DNA from: a bacterium
GTDB lineage: Bacteria > Patescibacteriota > Doudnabacteria > UBA920 > VMFF01
Direction of reading: 5' to 3'
Assembly (NCBI GenBank): GCA_021811585.1
Contig: JAJZOG010000005.1
Location: 725-64,724 of the forward strand
DNA length: 64,000 nucleotides
This document shows, piece by piece, positions 1 to 9,077 of this stretch. The translations under genes and the position numbers were made by a program. Under the pieces are notes generated by a model. It was given only the letters and a program-made list of their open reading frames with translations, was not told the origin of the DNA and did not search any database. The first letter of the stretch is position 1. Each line of letters opens with the position of its first letter.

Positions 1-216
1 GGAAAGGCCGGAAGAGTGCGCCTTATGGGTTGGCGCCCAACAGTCCGAGGCAAAGCCATGAATCCGGTTGACCATCCGCACGGAGGCGGCGAAGGCCACA
101 ACCCTATCGGCATGAAATATCCGAAAACCCCATGGGGCAAGCATGCCCTTGGAGTGAAGACAAGAAATAAGAAAAAAGCATCGAATAAATTTATTGTTAA
201 GCGCCGCATTAAATAA
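1..216 (+). CDS. rplB: 50S ribosomal protein L2, C-terminal part (5' end lies outside the window)
   Basis: Frame-1 translation ...[31 protein letters not shown]... matches the conserved uL2 C-terminus. Position is immediately upstream of rpsS. Confidence 0.9.
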   Translation, partial: GKAGRVRLMGWRPTVRGKAMNPVDHPHGGGEGHNPIGMKYPKTPWGKHALGVKTRNKKKASNKFIVKRRIK

Positions 217-231
217 TCATTAATTACGACG

Positions 232-564
232 ATGTCCAGATCACTTAAAAAAGGTCCATATGTTGACGAACGGCTTTTAAAAAGAGTCATGTCGGCAAAA
301 TCCGGAGCCAAATTTAAAACTTGGCAAAGGGATTGCACCATTGCTCCCGAAATGGTCGGCTTTACTTTTGAGGTTCATAACGGCAAAACCTTCGTGCAGG
401 TTTATGTTACGGAAAACATGGTTGGCCATAAGCTTGGCGAATTTGCGATAACGCGCAAGTTCATAAGGCACGGCGGCAAGATGGCAAAAGAGCAGGAAGC
501 CGCAGCGGCAGAAGCTGAAAAGCAAAAACTTGCGGCCGCCAAAGAATCAACCGAGAAAAAATGA
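232..564 (+). CDS. rpsS: 30S ribosomal protein S19 with a short Lys/Ala-rich C-terminal tail
   Basis: [19 protein letters not shown]...[23 protein letters not shown] is the canonical uS19. Sits in the S10-operon order. Confidence 0.95.
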   Translation: MSRSLKKGPYVDERLLKRVMSAKSGAKFKTWQRDCTIAPEMVGFTFEVHNGKTFVQVYVTENMVGHKLGEFAITRKFIRHGGKMAKEQEAAAAEAEKQKLAAAKESTEKK

Positions 565-571
565 AAAATAG

Positions 572-678
572 CTGATAGTTAGTAGTTGGTAGTTAATAGT
601 TAATAGTTATGGCGATTTCGCCTACCAACTGCCACCTATTAACTGTCACCTATTAACTACCAACTACTAACTATCAAT
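572..678. repeat. Heptamer-array hairpin element 1, (TAGTTRR)n / (YYAACTA)n inverted
   Basis: The rpsS-rplV spacer (about 118 nt) is filled by a run of TAGTTGG/TAGTTAA units, then ATGGCGATTTCGCC, then a run of CTACCAA/CTACTAA units. The outer 27 nt of the two arms are perfectly complementary. Confidence 0.85.
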
Positions 679-682
679 TTTT

Positions 683-1267
683 ATGGCTAAGACAACGGCA
701 CAACAGAATATTCCAAGAACAGCGGCAGCCCATGCGCGCTACCTTAGAATTAGCCCGCGCAAAATGCGCTTGGTCACAAATTTGGTTAAGGGCATGTGGG
801 CGCAGGAAGCGCTCGGCCAGCTGCGCTTTACAAATAAGAAAGCGGCAAAATATGTGGCTGATGTCGTTCTCTCCGCAATGGCCAATGCCGAAAACAATTT
901 TAAATTGAAGAAAGAAAATTTGTATATCAAAACCATTACCTGCGACGGCGGGCCCAAGCTGAAAAGATACATGCCGCGCGCGCAGGGCAGGGCCACTGAA
1001 ATTCGCAGGCCAACAAGCCATTTGCATGTTATTCTTGAAGAGCGCACTGGCATGGGCGCTAAAAAGCGCAAGGCCATATTTGCGCAAAGTAAATCCAAGC
1101 CCGAGCTGGCTGTCAAAGAAGAGGGCTTGCCCGAAGCCCAAGGCCAAAAAGCAGCGGCTGAAAAAGGGAAGATACAACATTCGGAAATTCAGAAAACCGG
1201 AAAGCAGATGAAAGAGAGCAAGGCCATGCAAAAGCGAAGATTATTTAACAGGAAGAGCGGAAGTTAG
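683..1267 (+). CDS. rplV: 50S ribosomal protein L22 with an about 80-aa Lys/Ala/Glu-rich C-terminal extension
   Basis: The N-terminal 110 aa match uL22 (AHARYLRISPRKMRLV...GMWAQEAL...). It follows rpsS as in the canonical order. Confidence 0.9.
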   Translation: MAKTTAQQNIPRTAAAHARYLRISPRKMRLVTNLVKGMWAQEALGQLRFTNKKAAKYVADVVLSAMANAENNFKLKKENLYIKTITCDGGPKLKRYMPRAQGRATEIRRPTSHLHVILEERTGMGAKKRKAIFAQSKSKPELAVKEEGLPEAQGQKAAAEKGKIQHSEIQKTGKQMKESKAMQKRRLFNRKSGS

Positions 1268-1307
1268 CCCGCTCCGGCCAGGATCAACATTTTAAACTCT
1301 AATTACA

Positions 1308-2009
1308 ATGGGACATAAAATTTCACCAACAAGCTTGCGTTTGAATATTACAGATACTTGGAAATCCAGGTGGTTTTCGAAGAATAATTTCGCGCGCACT
1401 TTGCAGCAGGATGTCCTTATTCGCGAGTTTTTACTGAAAGAACTGAAAAAAGCGGGAATCGTAAGGATAGACATTGAGCGCCTGAATGACGGCGCGCTCA
1501 CGGTGATCATCAAATCCACAAAGCCGGGCATGATTATAGGAAAATCCGGCGCCGGAATAGAAGATCTTAAAAAGAAGTTAAAGAAGGCCGTCAATTTTAA
1601 AAAGGAAATTAAAATTAACATAGAAGAAGTGCGCGATGTCAATTTGCAGGCAGCTGTTATTGCCCAGAATATTGCGGAATCACTTGAAAAACGGGCGTCG
1701 CACAGGCGGCTTATGAAGCAATCGATAGAGCAGGTTATGAATGCCGGCGCAAAAGGAATAAAAATCGCCATAGGCGGGCGCTTGGGCGGTGCCGATATTG
1801 CGCGCACCGAATGGCTTACCCAGGGCAAACTCCCTTTGCATACTTTAAGGTCAAACATAGATTTTGCCCGCGCCACCGCTTTTACAACTTTCGGCACGAT
1901 TGGAGTGAAGGTCTGGATAAACAAAGGGGAAATTTTTGAAAAGAATGATAAGCGGGAAGAAAGGCCTTTTGCGCGCCCGGGATTTGCATCCAAAGGCCGC
2001 AAGGAATAA
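1308..2009 (+). CDS. rpsC: 30S ribosomal protein S3
   Basis: MGHKISPTSLRLNITDTWKSRWF... shows the KH and S3-C domain pattern. Confidence 0.95.
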   Translation: MGHKISPTSLRLNITDTWKSRWFSKNNFARTLQQDVLIREFLLKELKKAGIVRIDIERLNDGALTVIIKSTKPGMIIGKSGAGIEDLKKKLKKAVNFKKEIKINIEEVRDVNLQAAVIAQNIAESLEKRASHRRLMKQSIEQVMNAGAKGIKIAIGGRLGGADIARTEWLTQGKLPLHTLRSNIDFARATAFTTFGTIGVKVWINKGEIFEKNDKREERPFARPGFASKGRKE

Positions 2010-2039
2010 TTTTACAAATCCTATTTTGAATTTATTTAT

Positions 2040-2453
2040 ATGTTAATACCAAAGAAGCTCAAACATCGCAAACATCATCGAGGCCACACCAAAGGCAAAT
2101 CCATGGCAGGCAACAGCATTGCTTTTGGCAGTTTCGCGCTCAAGTCCACTGAAAATTCCTGGCTCACTGCAAAGCAAATAGAAGCGGCGCGGCGCGCAAT
2201 GACAAGGTATATACAGAGGGGCGGAAAAATTTGGATACGCGTTTTTGCGGACAAACCGGTAACCGTGCATGGCAACGAATCCCCGATGGGCACCGGCAAA
2301 GGCGCTGTCGACCACTTTGTGGCAGTTGTGAAGAAAGGCAAAATATTGTTTGAAATGGACGGCGTGGCGGAAATTCTGGCAAAAGAAGCAATGCGCCTGG
2401 CATCTTATAAGCTTCCGGTTAAAACCAAATTTATAACCAAGGACGGGCAATAA
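2040..2453 (+). CDS. rplP: 50S ribosomal protein L16
   Basis: [15 protein letters not shown]...[14 protein letters not shown] matches uL16. Confidence 0.95.
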   Translation: MLIPKKLKHRKHHRGHTKGKSMAGNSIAFGSFALKSTENSWLTAKQIEAARRAMTRYIQRGGKIWIRVFADKPVTVHGNESPMGTGKGAVDHFVAVVKKGKILFEMDGVAEILAKEAMRLASYKLPVKTKFITKDGQ

Positions 2454-2454
2454 T

Positions 2455-2649
2455 ATGAAAATTAAGGAACTTAGGTTAAAAACCGATGCCGAACTTAGGA
2501 GCGATCTTGAGATGTTGCGTGAAAAAACCAGGGCAATGCGGTTTAAAATTCTTTCCCAAGAGGCCAAAAATGTGAAAGAGGTCTGGGCTATAAAAAAAGA
2601 TATTGCCAAAATTTTGACGCTTTTGAGGGAGAGGGAATTAGCCAATTAA
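2455..2649 (+). CDS. rpmC: 50S ribosomal protein L29
   Basis: MKIKELRLKTDAELRSDLEMLREK; 64 aa, correct position. Confidence 0.9.
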   Translation: MKIKELRLKTDAELRSDLEMLREKTRAMRFKILSQEAKNVKEVWAIKKDIAKILTLLRERELAN

Positions 2650-2653
2650 TAAT

Positions 2654-2893
2654 ATGGAAAAAATCAGAAGAATAAAAACCGGAATAATTGTTTCGGACAA
2701 GATGGATAAGACCGTTGTTGTGAGGGTTGATAGTGTCAGAATGCATCCGAAATACAAGAAAACCTATAAGGTTTCCAAGAAATTTAAGGCGCACGATGAA
2801 GATAACCGGTTCCACCTCGGAGATAAAGTGGAAATTCAGGAAGTGCGGCCGATCTCGAAAGACAAGCATTTTAAGGTTTTAAGAAAAGTATAA
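2654..2893 (+). CDS. rpsQ: 30S ribosomal protein S17
   Basis: GIIVSDKMDKTVVVRVDSVRMHPKYKK shows the uS17 OB-fold signature. Confidence 0.95.
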   Translation: MEKIRRIKTGIIVSDKMDKTVVVRVDSVRMHPKYKKTYKVSKKFKAHDEDNRFHLGDKVEIQEVRPISKDKHFKVLRKV

Positions 2894-2899
2894 TATTAT

Positions 2900-3271
2900 A
2901 TGCTACAAGTACGATCATGGCTTAAAATTGCAGATAACACAGGCGCGAAAATCGTCGGGGTATTTTCCGTGAACGGGAAAAATTCCAACAGGTTTGCGCG
3001 GCTTGGAGATGTGGTTGCCTGCTCGGTGAAAGAAGCGGCTCCAAAGGGCCAAGTGAAAAAAGGCGATAAAGTTTATGCCGTGATAGTGCGCACGCGCAAA
3101 GAAGTGCGCAGAAAAGACGGCTCTTACATCCGTTTCGACGATAATGCCGGGGTTTTGGTGGATAAAAACAGCTTGGAGCCAAAAGGCACGCGCATTTTCG
3201 GGCCGATTCCAAGAGAGCTTCGCGACAAGGGTTTCACAAAAATTATCAGTTTGGCGCCGGAGGTTATTTAA
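2900..3271 (+). CDS. rplN: 50S ribosomal protein L14
   Basis: [17 protein letters not shown]... is the canonical uL14 start. Confidence 0.95.
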   Translation: MLQVRSWLKIADNTGAKIVGVFSVNGKNSNRFARLGDVVACSVKEAAPKGQVKKGDKVYAVIVRTRKEVRRKDGSYIRFDDNAGVLVDKNSLEPKGTRIFGPIPRELRDKGFTKIISLAPEVI

Positions 3272-3305
3272 ATGCTTGATTCCAATTTCGAAATTATATA
3301 AGTTT

Positions 3306-3632
3306 ATGAACAATCTAAATTTTAAAAAAGGCGATACGGTTTCAGTTTTGCAGGGCAAAGACAAAGGCAAAACAGGAAAGATAATTGAAGTTGACCGCAA
3401 AAACAGAAAAGTTGTTGTGGAAGGTCTGAACATCCATCACAAATTTAAAAAAGCGACAATCGGCACAACAGGAACCCAGGCAGGGCAGAAGATTTCTTTT
3501 CCGGCTCCAATGCTTTGTTCGAAGCTGATCTTGCTCTGCCCCAGCTGCAATAAGCCAACCAGAGTGGCGCATAATTTTTTGGAAAACGGCGCCAAGCAGA
3601 GAATTTGCAAAAAATGCGGAAAGGCGATATAA
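3306..3632 (+). CDS. rplX: 50S ribosomal protein L24 (KOW) with a C-terminal C4 zinc-ribbon extension
   Basis: Start moved to ATG 3306 (MNNLNFKKGDTVSVLQGKDKGKTGKII = uL24 KOW). The C-terminus is ...LLCPSCNKPTRVAHNFLENGAKQRICKKCGKAI (CxxC-N17-CxxC). Confidence 0.85.
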   Translation: MNNLNFKKGDTVSVLQGKDKGKTGKIIEVDRKNRKVVVEGLNIHHKFKKATIGTTGTQAGQKISFPAPMLCSKLILLCPSCNKPTRVAHNFLENGAKQRICKKCGKAI

Positions 3633-3636
3633 AACC

Positions 3637-4176
3637 ATGCAACGACTTAAAGAAAAATATCATAAGGAAGTAAGGCCTGCGCTTAAAAAGAAATTTGCTT
3701 TGGAAAATTCCATGGCAGTGCCGAAAGTGCTTAAGGTGGTTATTAATGCCGGCGTTGGCAAAACTTTGAAAGACCCCAAATATTTGGATGCGATTATCGC
3801 AGATTTAAAAACCATTACCGGCCAGCAGCCCGTTAAGACCATTGCACGCAAATCAATCGCCGGGTTTAAGATCCGCGAAGGGCAAGTTATTGGCGTAACA
3901 GTTACCTTGCGCGGGCAAAGAATGTACGATTTCCTGGATAAGCTTGTGAATATTACCCTTCCGCGCGTACGCGATTTCCGAGGCATCAGCGCAAAGGGTT
4001 TTGACGGCCGCGGCAATTATAATCTCGGCATTAAGGAACAGCTTGTTTTTCCGGAAATTTCCGAAGAAAGCATTGAGCATACGTTTGGATTTGAGATTTC
4101 CGTTGCCACAAATGCTGGCAACAATGAAAGAGGCAAAGAACTCTTAAAATCCCTGGGCTTTCCTTTTGCCGATTAA
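3637..4176 (+). CDS. rplE: 50S ribosomal protein L5
   Basis: MQRLKEKYHKEVRPALKKKF...VINAGVG matches uL5. Confidence 0.95.
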   Translation: MQRLKEKYHKEVRPALKKKFALENSMAVPKVLKVVINAGVGKTLKDPKYLDAIIADLKTITGQQPVKTIARKSIAGFKIREGQVIGVTVTLRGQRMYDFLDKLVNITLPRVRDFRGISAKGFDGRGNYNLGIKEQLVFPEISEESIEHTFGFEISVATNAGNNERGKELLKSLGFPFAD

Positions 4177-4190
4177 CCCCAATGCCTGTT

Positions 4191-4306
4191 TCCAACTCCC
4201 AACTCCCACCTATCAACTCCCAACTCCCAACTACTATCTACCAACTATTATCTACCAACTACCAACTACCAACTACTAACTACTAACTATCAATCACTAA
4301 CCACCA
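4191..4306. repeat. Heptamer-array element 2, one orientation only, (CCAACTM)n
   Basis: TCCAACTCCCAACTCCCACCTATCAACTCCCAACTCCCAACTACTATCTACCAACTA... with strict 7-nt periodicity. It fills the rplE-rpsH spacer. Confidence 0.85.
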
Positions 4307-4310
4307 ATTT

Positions 4311-4706
4311 ATGTTTACCGATCCAATTTCAGACATGTTAACAAGAATACGAAATGCGGCAGCTGCCAAAAAAGCAGAGGCAATTATGCCGTATTCCAAG
4401 CTGAAGCACGGCCTCGCGGACATCATGCTCGAAGAGGGTTATATTTCCGGAGTGGCTGTGCGCGAAAGCGGCTCGTTTAAGCAATTGGAGGTAAAGCTAA
4501 AGTATGATAAAGACGGAGGTGCGATTATAATGGGCATAAAGAGAATCAGTAAGCCGGGGCAGAGAATTTACGTTCCGGTTTCTGAAATCCCAAAATCAAA
4601 CGGAGGGCTTGGCATAACAATACTCTCCACTTCAAAGGGATTGATGACAGACCGCAAAGCCCGTAAGGAAAAGTATGGCGGCGAAGTAATTTGCCAATTA
4701 TGGTAA
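4311..4706 (+). CDS. rpsH: 30S ribosomal protein S8
   Basis: MFTDPISDMLTRIRNAAAAKK is the hallmark uS8 N-terminus. Confidence 0.95.
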   Translation: MFTDPISDMLTRIRNAAAAKKAEAIMPYSKLKHGLADIMLEEGYISGVAVRESGSFKQLEVKLKYDKDGGAIIMGIKRISKPGQRIYVPVSEIPKSNGGLGITILSTSKGLMTDRKARKEKYGGEVICQLW

Positions 4707-4715
4707 CCTTAACTC

Positions 4716-4800
4716 TTAATTCCCACCTACCAACTTCCAACTACCAACTATCATCTGCCAACTATCATCTATCAACTACCATCTATTAACTACCAACTAA
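4716..4800. repeat. Heptamer-array element 3, (CCAACTA / CCATCTA)n
   Basis: CCACCTACCAACTTCCAACTACCAACTATCATCTGCCAACTATCATCTATCAACTACCATCTATTAACTACCAACTAAC lies directly upstream of the rpsN ATG. Confidence 0.85.
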
Positions 4801-4801
4801 C

Positions 4802-4996
4802 ATGGCCAAGAAATCATTAATTGCAAAAGCGAAAAGATCGCGGATCAACCCCAAATTTAAGACCAGGGTTGTCAGGCGGTGCTGGAAATGCGGCCGCAAT
4901 CGCGGCTATATGCGCGATTTCGATTTGTGCAGAATTTGTTTCCGCGAGCTTGCTTCCAAAGGAGAAATCCCTGGAATTGTGAAATCGTCCTGGTAA
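4802..4996 (+). CDS. rpsN: 30S ribosomal protein S14 type Z (zinc-binding)
   Basis: 61 aa, ...[33 protein letters not shown] (CxxC...CxxC); close to Bacillus RpsZ. Confidence 0.95.
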   Translation: MAKKSLIAKAKRSRINPKFKTRVVRRCWKCGRNRGYMRDFDLCRICFRELASKGEIPGIVKSSW

Positions 4997-5018
4997 ATTA
5001 ACGATAGTTTTTAAACAT

Positions 5019-5570
5019 ATGTCAAGAATTGGAAAAAAAATTGTTGTTCTCCCAAGCGGCGTGAAGGCCGAACTCAAGGATTTATCATTGGTTGTCACAG
5101 GGCCCAAAGGCAGCGTGGCGGTTTTGGTGCATCCGAAAGTTCATGTAAACATTGCCGAAAAGCAAATCACAGTGGATGTTGAGCATACGGAAAACAAACT
5201 GGAGAAATCCTTGTGGGGATTAACCCGTTCGCTTATTGCCAATGCCGTTCTAGGCGCGACTTCCGGGTTTGAAAAAAAATTGGAAATCAACGGCGTGGGT
5301 TTTCGCGGCGCAGTGGCAGGCGATAAAATTACATTAAGTTTGGGTTTTTCGCATCCAGTTGAAGTTCGGGTGCCAAAAGGCATTACCGCGGCCATAGAAA
5401 AAAATATCATCACCATCAGCGGAATAGACAAGCAGCTTGTGGGTGAATTTGCCGCCAAGATCCGCGGATTAAAAAAGCCGGAACCGTATAAAGGCAAGGG
5501 CATAAAATATATTGATGAAACCATTAGGCGCAAAGCCGGGAAAGTAATGAAAGCGGTTGGCGGCAAATAG
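5019..5570 (+). CDS. rplF: 50S ribosomal protein L6
   Basis: MSRIGKKIVVLPSGVKAELKD... shows the two-domain uL6 pattern. Confidence 0.95.
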   Translation: MSRIGKKIVVLPSGVKAELKDLSLVVTGPKGSVAVLVHPKVHVNIAEKQITVDVEHTENKLEKSLWGLTRSLIANAVLGATSGFEKKLEINGVGFRGAVAGDKITLSLGFSHPVEVRVPKGITAAIEKNIITISGIDKQLVGEFAAKIRGLKKPEPYKGKGIKYIDETIRRKAGKVMKAVGGK

Positions 5571-5574
5571 GCAA

Positions 5575-5719
5575 TCAACTACCATCTATCACCTACTAAG
5601 TCCTAACTACCATCTATCAACTACCAACTACCATATACCAACTACCGCCGCTCACCAACTATTAACTACCATCTATCAACCCCCAACTATCAACTACCAT
5701 CTACCAATTATCAACTACT
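5575..5719. repeat. Heptamer-array element 4, (CTACCAW / CTATCAA)n
   Basis: The roughly 145-nt rplF-rplR spacer consists of CAACTACCATCTATCACCTACTAAG...CTACCATCTACCAATTATCAACTACT. The six-frame ORF 5557-5856 that reads through it (TTIYHLLSPNYHL...) is an artefact. Confidence 0.85.
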
Positions 5720-6082
5720 ATGAACAATTTGAAGAAAAAAAATCAGAAAAAGCAAAGAAGGCACGCAAGGGTGCGTTCCAAGATATTCGGGACGTCGGCG
5801 TGTCCGCGCCTTGCGGTTTTCCGCGCGAACCAGCACATTTACGCGCAAATAATTGATGATCAAATCGGAAAAACCTTGGTTTCCGCGTCAAGCGCAGAGT
5901 TGAAAGCCGGCGCCAAGCAGACCAAGAAAACTGAAAAATCGGCGCAGGTGGGCGAACTGGTTGCCAAAAAAGCATTGGAAAAAAATATTTCCGAAGTTGT
6001 TTTTGACAGGGGCGGTTATCAGTATCATGGCAGGGTAAAAGCATTGGCAGAAGCCGCCAGGTCAGCGGGATTGAAATTTTAA
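5720..6082 (+). CDS. rplR: 50S ribosomal protein L18
   Basis: ...[18 protein letters not shown]...[19 protein letters not shown] matches uL18. Confidence 0.95.
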   Translation: MNNLKKKNQKKQRRHARVRSKIFGTSACPRLAVFRANQHIYAQIIDDQIGKTLVSASSAELKAGAKQTKKTEKSAQVGELVAKKALEKNISEVVFDRGGYQYHGRVKALAEAARSAGLKF

Positions 6083-6100
6083 TATAATTTTAAGAATTTT

Positions 6101-6607
6101 ATGATAAGAAGAGAACATAAAGGTGAAAGAGGCCAGCGGGAAGGTGCAAGACGCGATTTTGACCAGAAAGTGATTGAAATCAAGCGCGTGACCCGCGTTG
6201 TTGCCGGCGGCAAAAGAATGCGCTTCCGCGCCCTGGTTGTTATTGGGGACAGGCGCGGCAAAGTCGGCATGGGTTTGCGTAAAGGCACTGATGTTTCGGA
6301 AGCCGTGAACAAAGCAGTGAATGCCGCGAAAAAGAGCATGGTTGTCGTGCCTTTGCAAAATGATACTATCCCGCATAAAGTACATATGAAATACAAATCC
6401 AGCAGGATTCTGCTTTTGCCGGCTGCACCCGGGACAGGAATTATTGCCGGCGGGGCTTTGCGCGGCGTTTTGGAGCTTGCGGGTGTAAAAAATATCCTCA
6501 GCAAAATGCAGGGATCATCCAATAAGGTGAATAATGTCAAGGCGCTTTTTACGGCATTCGGTAAAATGAAAAGCGTCGCTGAAATTAAAGAAAGATTAAA
6601 AGCATGA
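6101..6607 (+). CDS. rpsE: 30S ribosomal protein S5
   Basis: ...VIEIKRVTRVVAGGKRMRFRALVVIGD... shows the uS5 dsRBD and C-terminal domain. Confidence 0.95.
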   Translation: MIRREHKGERGQREGARRDFDQKVIEIKRVTRVVAGGKRMRFRALVVIGDRRGKVGMGLRKGTDVSEAVNKAVNAAKKSMVVVPLQNDTIPHKVHMKYKSSRILLLPAAPGTGIIAGGALRGVLELAGVKNILSKMQGSSNKVNNVKALFTAFGKMKSVAEIKERLKA

Positions 6608-7035
6608 TAAAATTGCACGGATTAAAAGTTTATAAAGGGTCGCGCAAGCGCAGAAAAGTGGTTGGCAGGGGCTTGGGCTCGGGCCATGGCACTTTCTCCA
6701 CGCGCGGCATCAAGGGCCAGCGCGCGCGCAAAAGCGGCAATTCCAGGCCCGGCTTTGAAGGCGGCAGGCAGCCGCTTATTCGCCAAATGCCGAAACTGCG
6801 GGGATTTAAAAGTCCTCATCCAAAAGCCGCGACAATTTTGCTGTCCCAGTTGAATAAATTTTCGGACGGCGAAGTGGTGAATATTGAATCGTTGCTGAAA
6901 AAAAATATTATCAGGCAAAAAGGTCCTGTTAAAATTTTGGCAGGCGGCGAAATCAAGCGCAAACTCGAAATTCAGGTGCCTGCTTCCGCGGGCGCAAAAG
7001 CCGCGATAGAAAAAGCCGGCGGCAAACTCTCATGA
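6604..7035 (+). CDS. rplO: 50S ribosomal protein L15 (directly follows S5; no L30 gene between them)
   Basis: MIKLHGLKVYKGSRKRRKVVGRGLGSGHG is the uL15 N-terminus. It overlaps the rpsE stop by 4 nt. Confidence 0.95.
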   Translation: MIKLHGLKVYKGSRKRRKVVGRGLGSGHGTFSTRGIKGQRARKSGNSRPGFEGGRQPLIRQMPKLRGFKSPHPKAATILLSQLNKFSDGEVVNIESLLKKNIIRQKGPVKILAGGEIKRKLEIQVPASAGAKAAIEKAGGKLS

Positions 7036-8324
7036 ACAAAATCGCTTTAATTTGGAAGACAAAAGGCCTTCGCAATAAAATATTGATTATGGTGGGTCTT
7101 TTGGTTTTGACCAGAATTTTAGCGCATATCCCGATTCCGGGAGTGAATATTGCGAATCTGCGCAACTTTTTCAACCAGAACGCTTTTGCCAACCTCTTGG
7201 ACATTTTTTCCGGCGGCGGGCTTTCCAACCTTTCCATTGCAATGATCGGCGTTGCCCCGTATATCACCTCTTCAATTATTATCCAGCTCCTTACGGTTAT
7301 TGTGCCGCGCTTCCAGGAAATGCAAAAAGAAGAAGGCGAAGCCGGCCGGGAGAAGCTCAACCAATATACGCGCTACCTGACGATTCCTTTGGCTGCATTG
7401 CAGGCCTTTGGAACCATCCGCCTATTGCAGTCCGGCACATTGGGTTCGGGCGCCGGCGCGCTTGGCGCATTTACGCCTTTCCAATGGTTCACTACAATTT
7501 TTGCCGTCACCACGGGCACCATGGTGATGATGTGGCTTGGCGAGCTTATTACCGAATATGGAATCGGCAACGGCATTTCTCTTATAATTTTTGCGGGAAT
7601 AATTTCCCGTTTGCCGCAGGCGCTGGATCAAATTCGCCTTTTGTATTTTACCCCGTATGATCCTTCCAAATTGCCAACCCTGCTCGGATTCGCGGCCCTG
7701 GCTTTAATCACCATTGTCGGCGTTGTTGTTGTTACCGAGGCGCAGCGTAATATACCCGTTTCTTACGCTAAAAAAGTGCAGGGCACAAAAACTTACGGCG
7801 GCATTGATACGCATTTGCCTTTGCGCGTAAACCAGGCAGGCGTTATGCCTATCATTTTTGCTATCTCGGTAATGCTTTTCCCGACATTTATCGGCAATTT
7901 TTTGCTTAGCGCAAGATCGGCCAAGCTGGCGCATTTCGCGCAAAGCACTGTGACGCTTTTCCAAAACCAGACCTTCTACGCGACGCTCTATTTTATTCTC
8001 GTTGTTTTATTCACTTATTTTTATACTGCGGTTGTTTTTAACCCAGAAGATATTTCGGAAAATATCCAGAAGAACGGCGGATTTATTCCCGGCATTCGCC
8101 CGGGCAGGCAGACCATAGAATTTCTTTACAGGATTTTGAACCGCATAACCACGTTCGGCGCCGTCTTCCTGGCAGTCATAGCTGTCCTGCCGTTTTTAAT
8201 GACAAAGGCATTCGGCAATTCCCAGGCGTTGAGCATCGGAGGCACCGGTCTTCTGATTGTGGTGGCTGTTGTGATTGAAACCATAAAAATCATCGAAGCG
8301 CAGATGATTGATTACCAGGCATAG
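7032..8324 (+). CDS. secY: Preprotein translocase subunit SecY
   Basis: 430 aa, ten predicted TM segments, ...LGVAPYITSSIIIQLL... shows the SecY signature. Confidence 0.95.
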   Translation: MNKIALIWKTKGLRNKILIMVGLLVLTRILAHIPIPGVNIANLRNFFNQNAFANLLDIFSGGGLSNLSIAMIGVAPYITSSIIIQLLTVIVPRFQEMQKEEGEAGREKLNQYTRYLTIPLAALQAFGTIRLLQSGTLGSGAGALGAFTPFQWFTTIFAVTTGTMVMMWLGELITEYGIGNGISLIIFAGIISRLPQALDQIRLLYFTPYDPSKLPTLLGFAALALITIVGVVVVTEAQRNIPVSYAKKVQGTKTYGGIDTHLPLRVNQAGVMPIIFAISVMLFPTFIGNFLLSARSAKLAHFAQSTVTLFQNQTFYATLYFILVVLFTYFYTAVVFNPEDISENIQKNGGFIPGIRPGRQTIEFLYRILNRITTFGAVFLAVIAVLPFLMTKAFGNSQALSIGGTGLLIVVAVVIETIKIIEAQMIDYQA

Positions 8325-8357
8325 GCGCTAAAAATTTTTTATGTTAAAATGGATTGA

Positions 8358-8390
8358 GAGCAGGAAATTTCCCGCTCGCATTATTTTTTA
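8358..8390 (+). terminator. Weak rho-independent terminator after secY
   Basis: GAGCAGG-aaattt-CCCGCTC imperfect stem followed by ATTATTTTTT. Confidence 0.35.
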
Positions 8391-8402
8391 AATATTCGAT
8401 CC

Positions 8403-9077
8403 ATGTTCAAATACCAAGCAATTATTTTTATCGGTCCGCAAGGTTCCGGGAAAGGAACCCAAGCCCGGCTGTTGATACCGAAAATAAGCGCAGAGTACGT
8501 GGAAATGGGCTATGTTTTGCGCACGATTGCGGCAAGCGGGACGGCATTCGGCGACCAAATCAAGCAAACCATTGATGGCGGCAACCTTGTTTCGGACAAG
8601 ATTTTGGAAAAAATAATTACCGAGAAGCTTGCGACACTCTCGCCGGACGCCCCGGTAATTTTTGACGGCGTGCCAAGGATGCTCCATCAGGCGGAATTTT
8701 TGATCGCGGATTTAAAACGCCTTGGCCGCGGCGCAATCGCAACTATTTTTATAGATCTTCCGCGAGACGCGGGCATTCAAAGAATCTTGACGCGTTTTTC
8801 ATGCCAAAACTGCAAAGCCCCGAAAACTTATGCCGGAGACGACGCCGCCGCGTGCGCGCGTTGCGGCGGCGTGATGGTGCGCAGAGTTGACGATTCCAGC
8901 GAGGAAGCTGTGGAGCGGCGCCTGGATACTTACGAGAGGGAAACTTTGCCTGTTTTGGATTATCTGAAAACAACAACGGATTTTTTCACCATCGACGGCA
9001 GGCCTTCTGTGCCTGAGGTTGAAAAGCAAATAGATAATTGCCTGGAGATAGAGCATGCCAAAACGCCGAGCAATTAA
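8403..9077 (+). CDS. adk: Adenylate kinase, long form with zinc-finger LID
   Basis: IFIGPQGSGKGTQARLL P-loop. LID has CQNCKAPKTY...CARCGG (C4). Confidence 0.9.
   Translation: MFKYQAIIFIGPQGSGKGTQARLLIPKISAEYVEMGYVLRTIAASGTAFGDQIKQTIDGGNLVSDKILEKIITEKLATLSPDAPVIFDGVPRMLHQAEFLIADLKRLGRGAIATIFIDLPRDAGIQRILTRFSCQNCKAPKTYAGDDAAACARCGGVMVRRVDDSSEEAVERRLDTYERETLPVLDYLKTTTDFFTIDGRPSVPEVEKQIDNCLEIEHAKTPSN

Noticed and set aside
5557-5856. 99-aa ORF (MAANRQSTTIYHLLSPNYHL...) spanning the rplF-rplR spacer
   Set aside because: It is a read-through of the 7-nt periodic repeat giving periodic Thr/Asn/Tyr/His nonsense. It overlaps the rplR start and has no RBS context. Treated as a repeat, not a gene.
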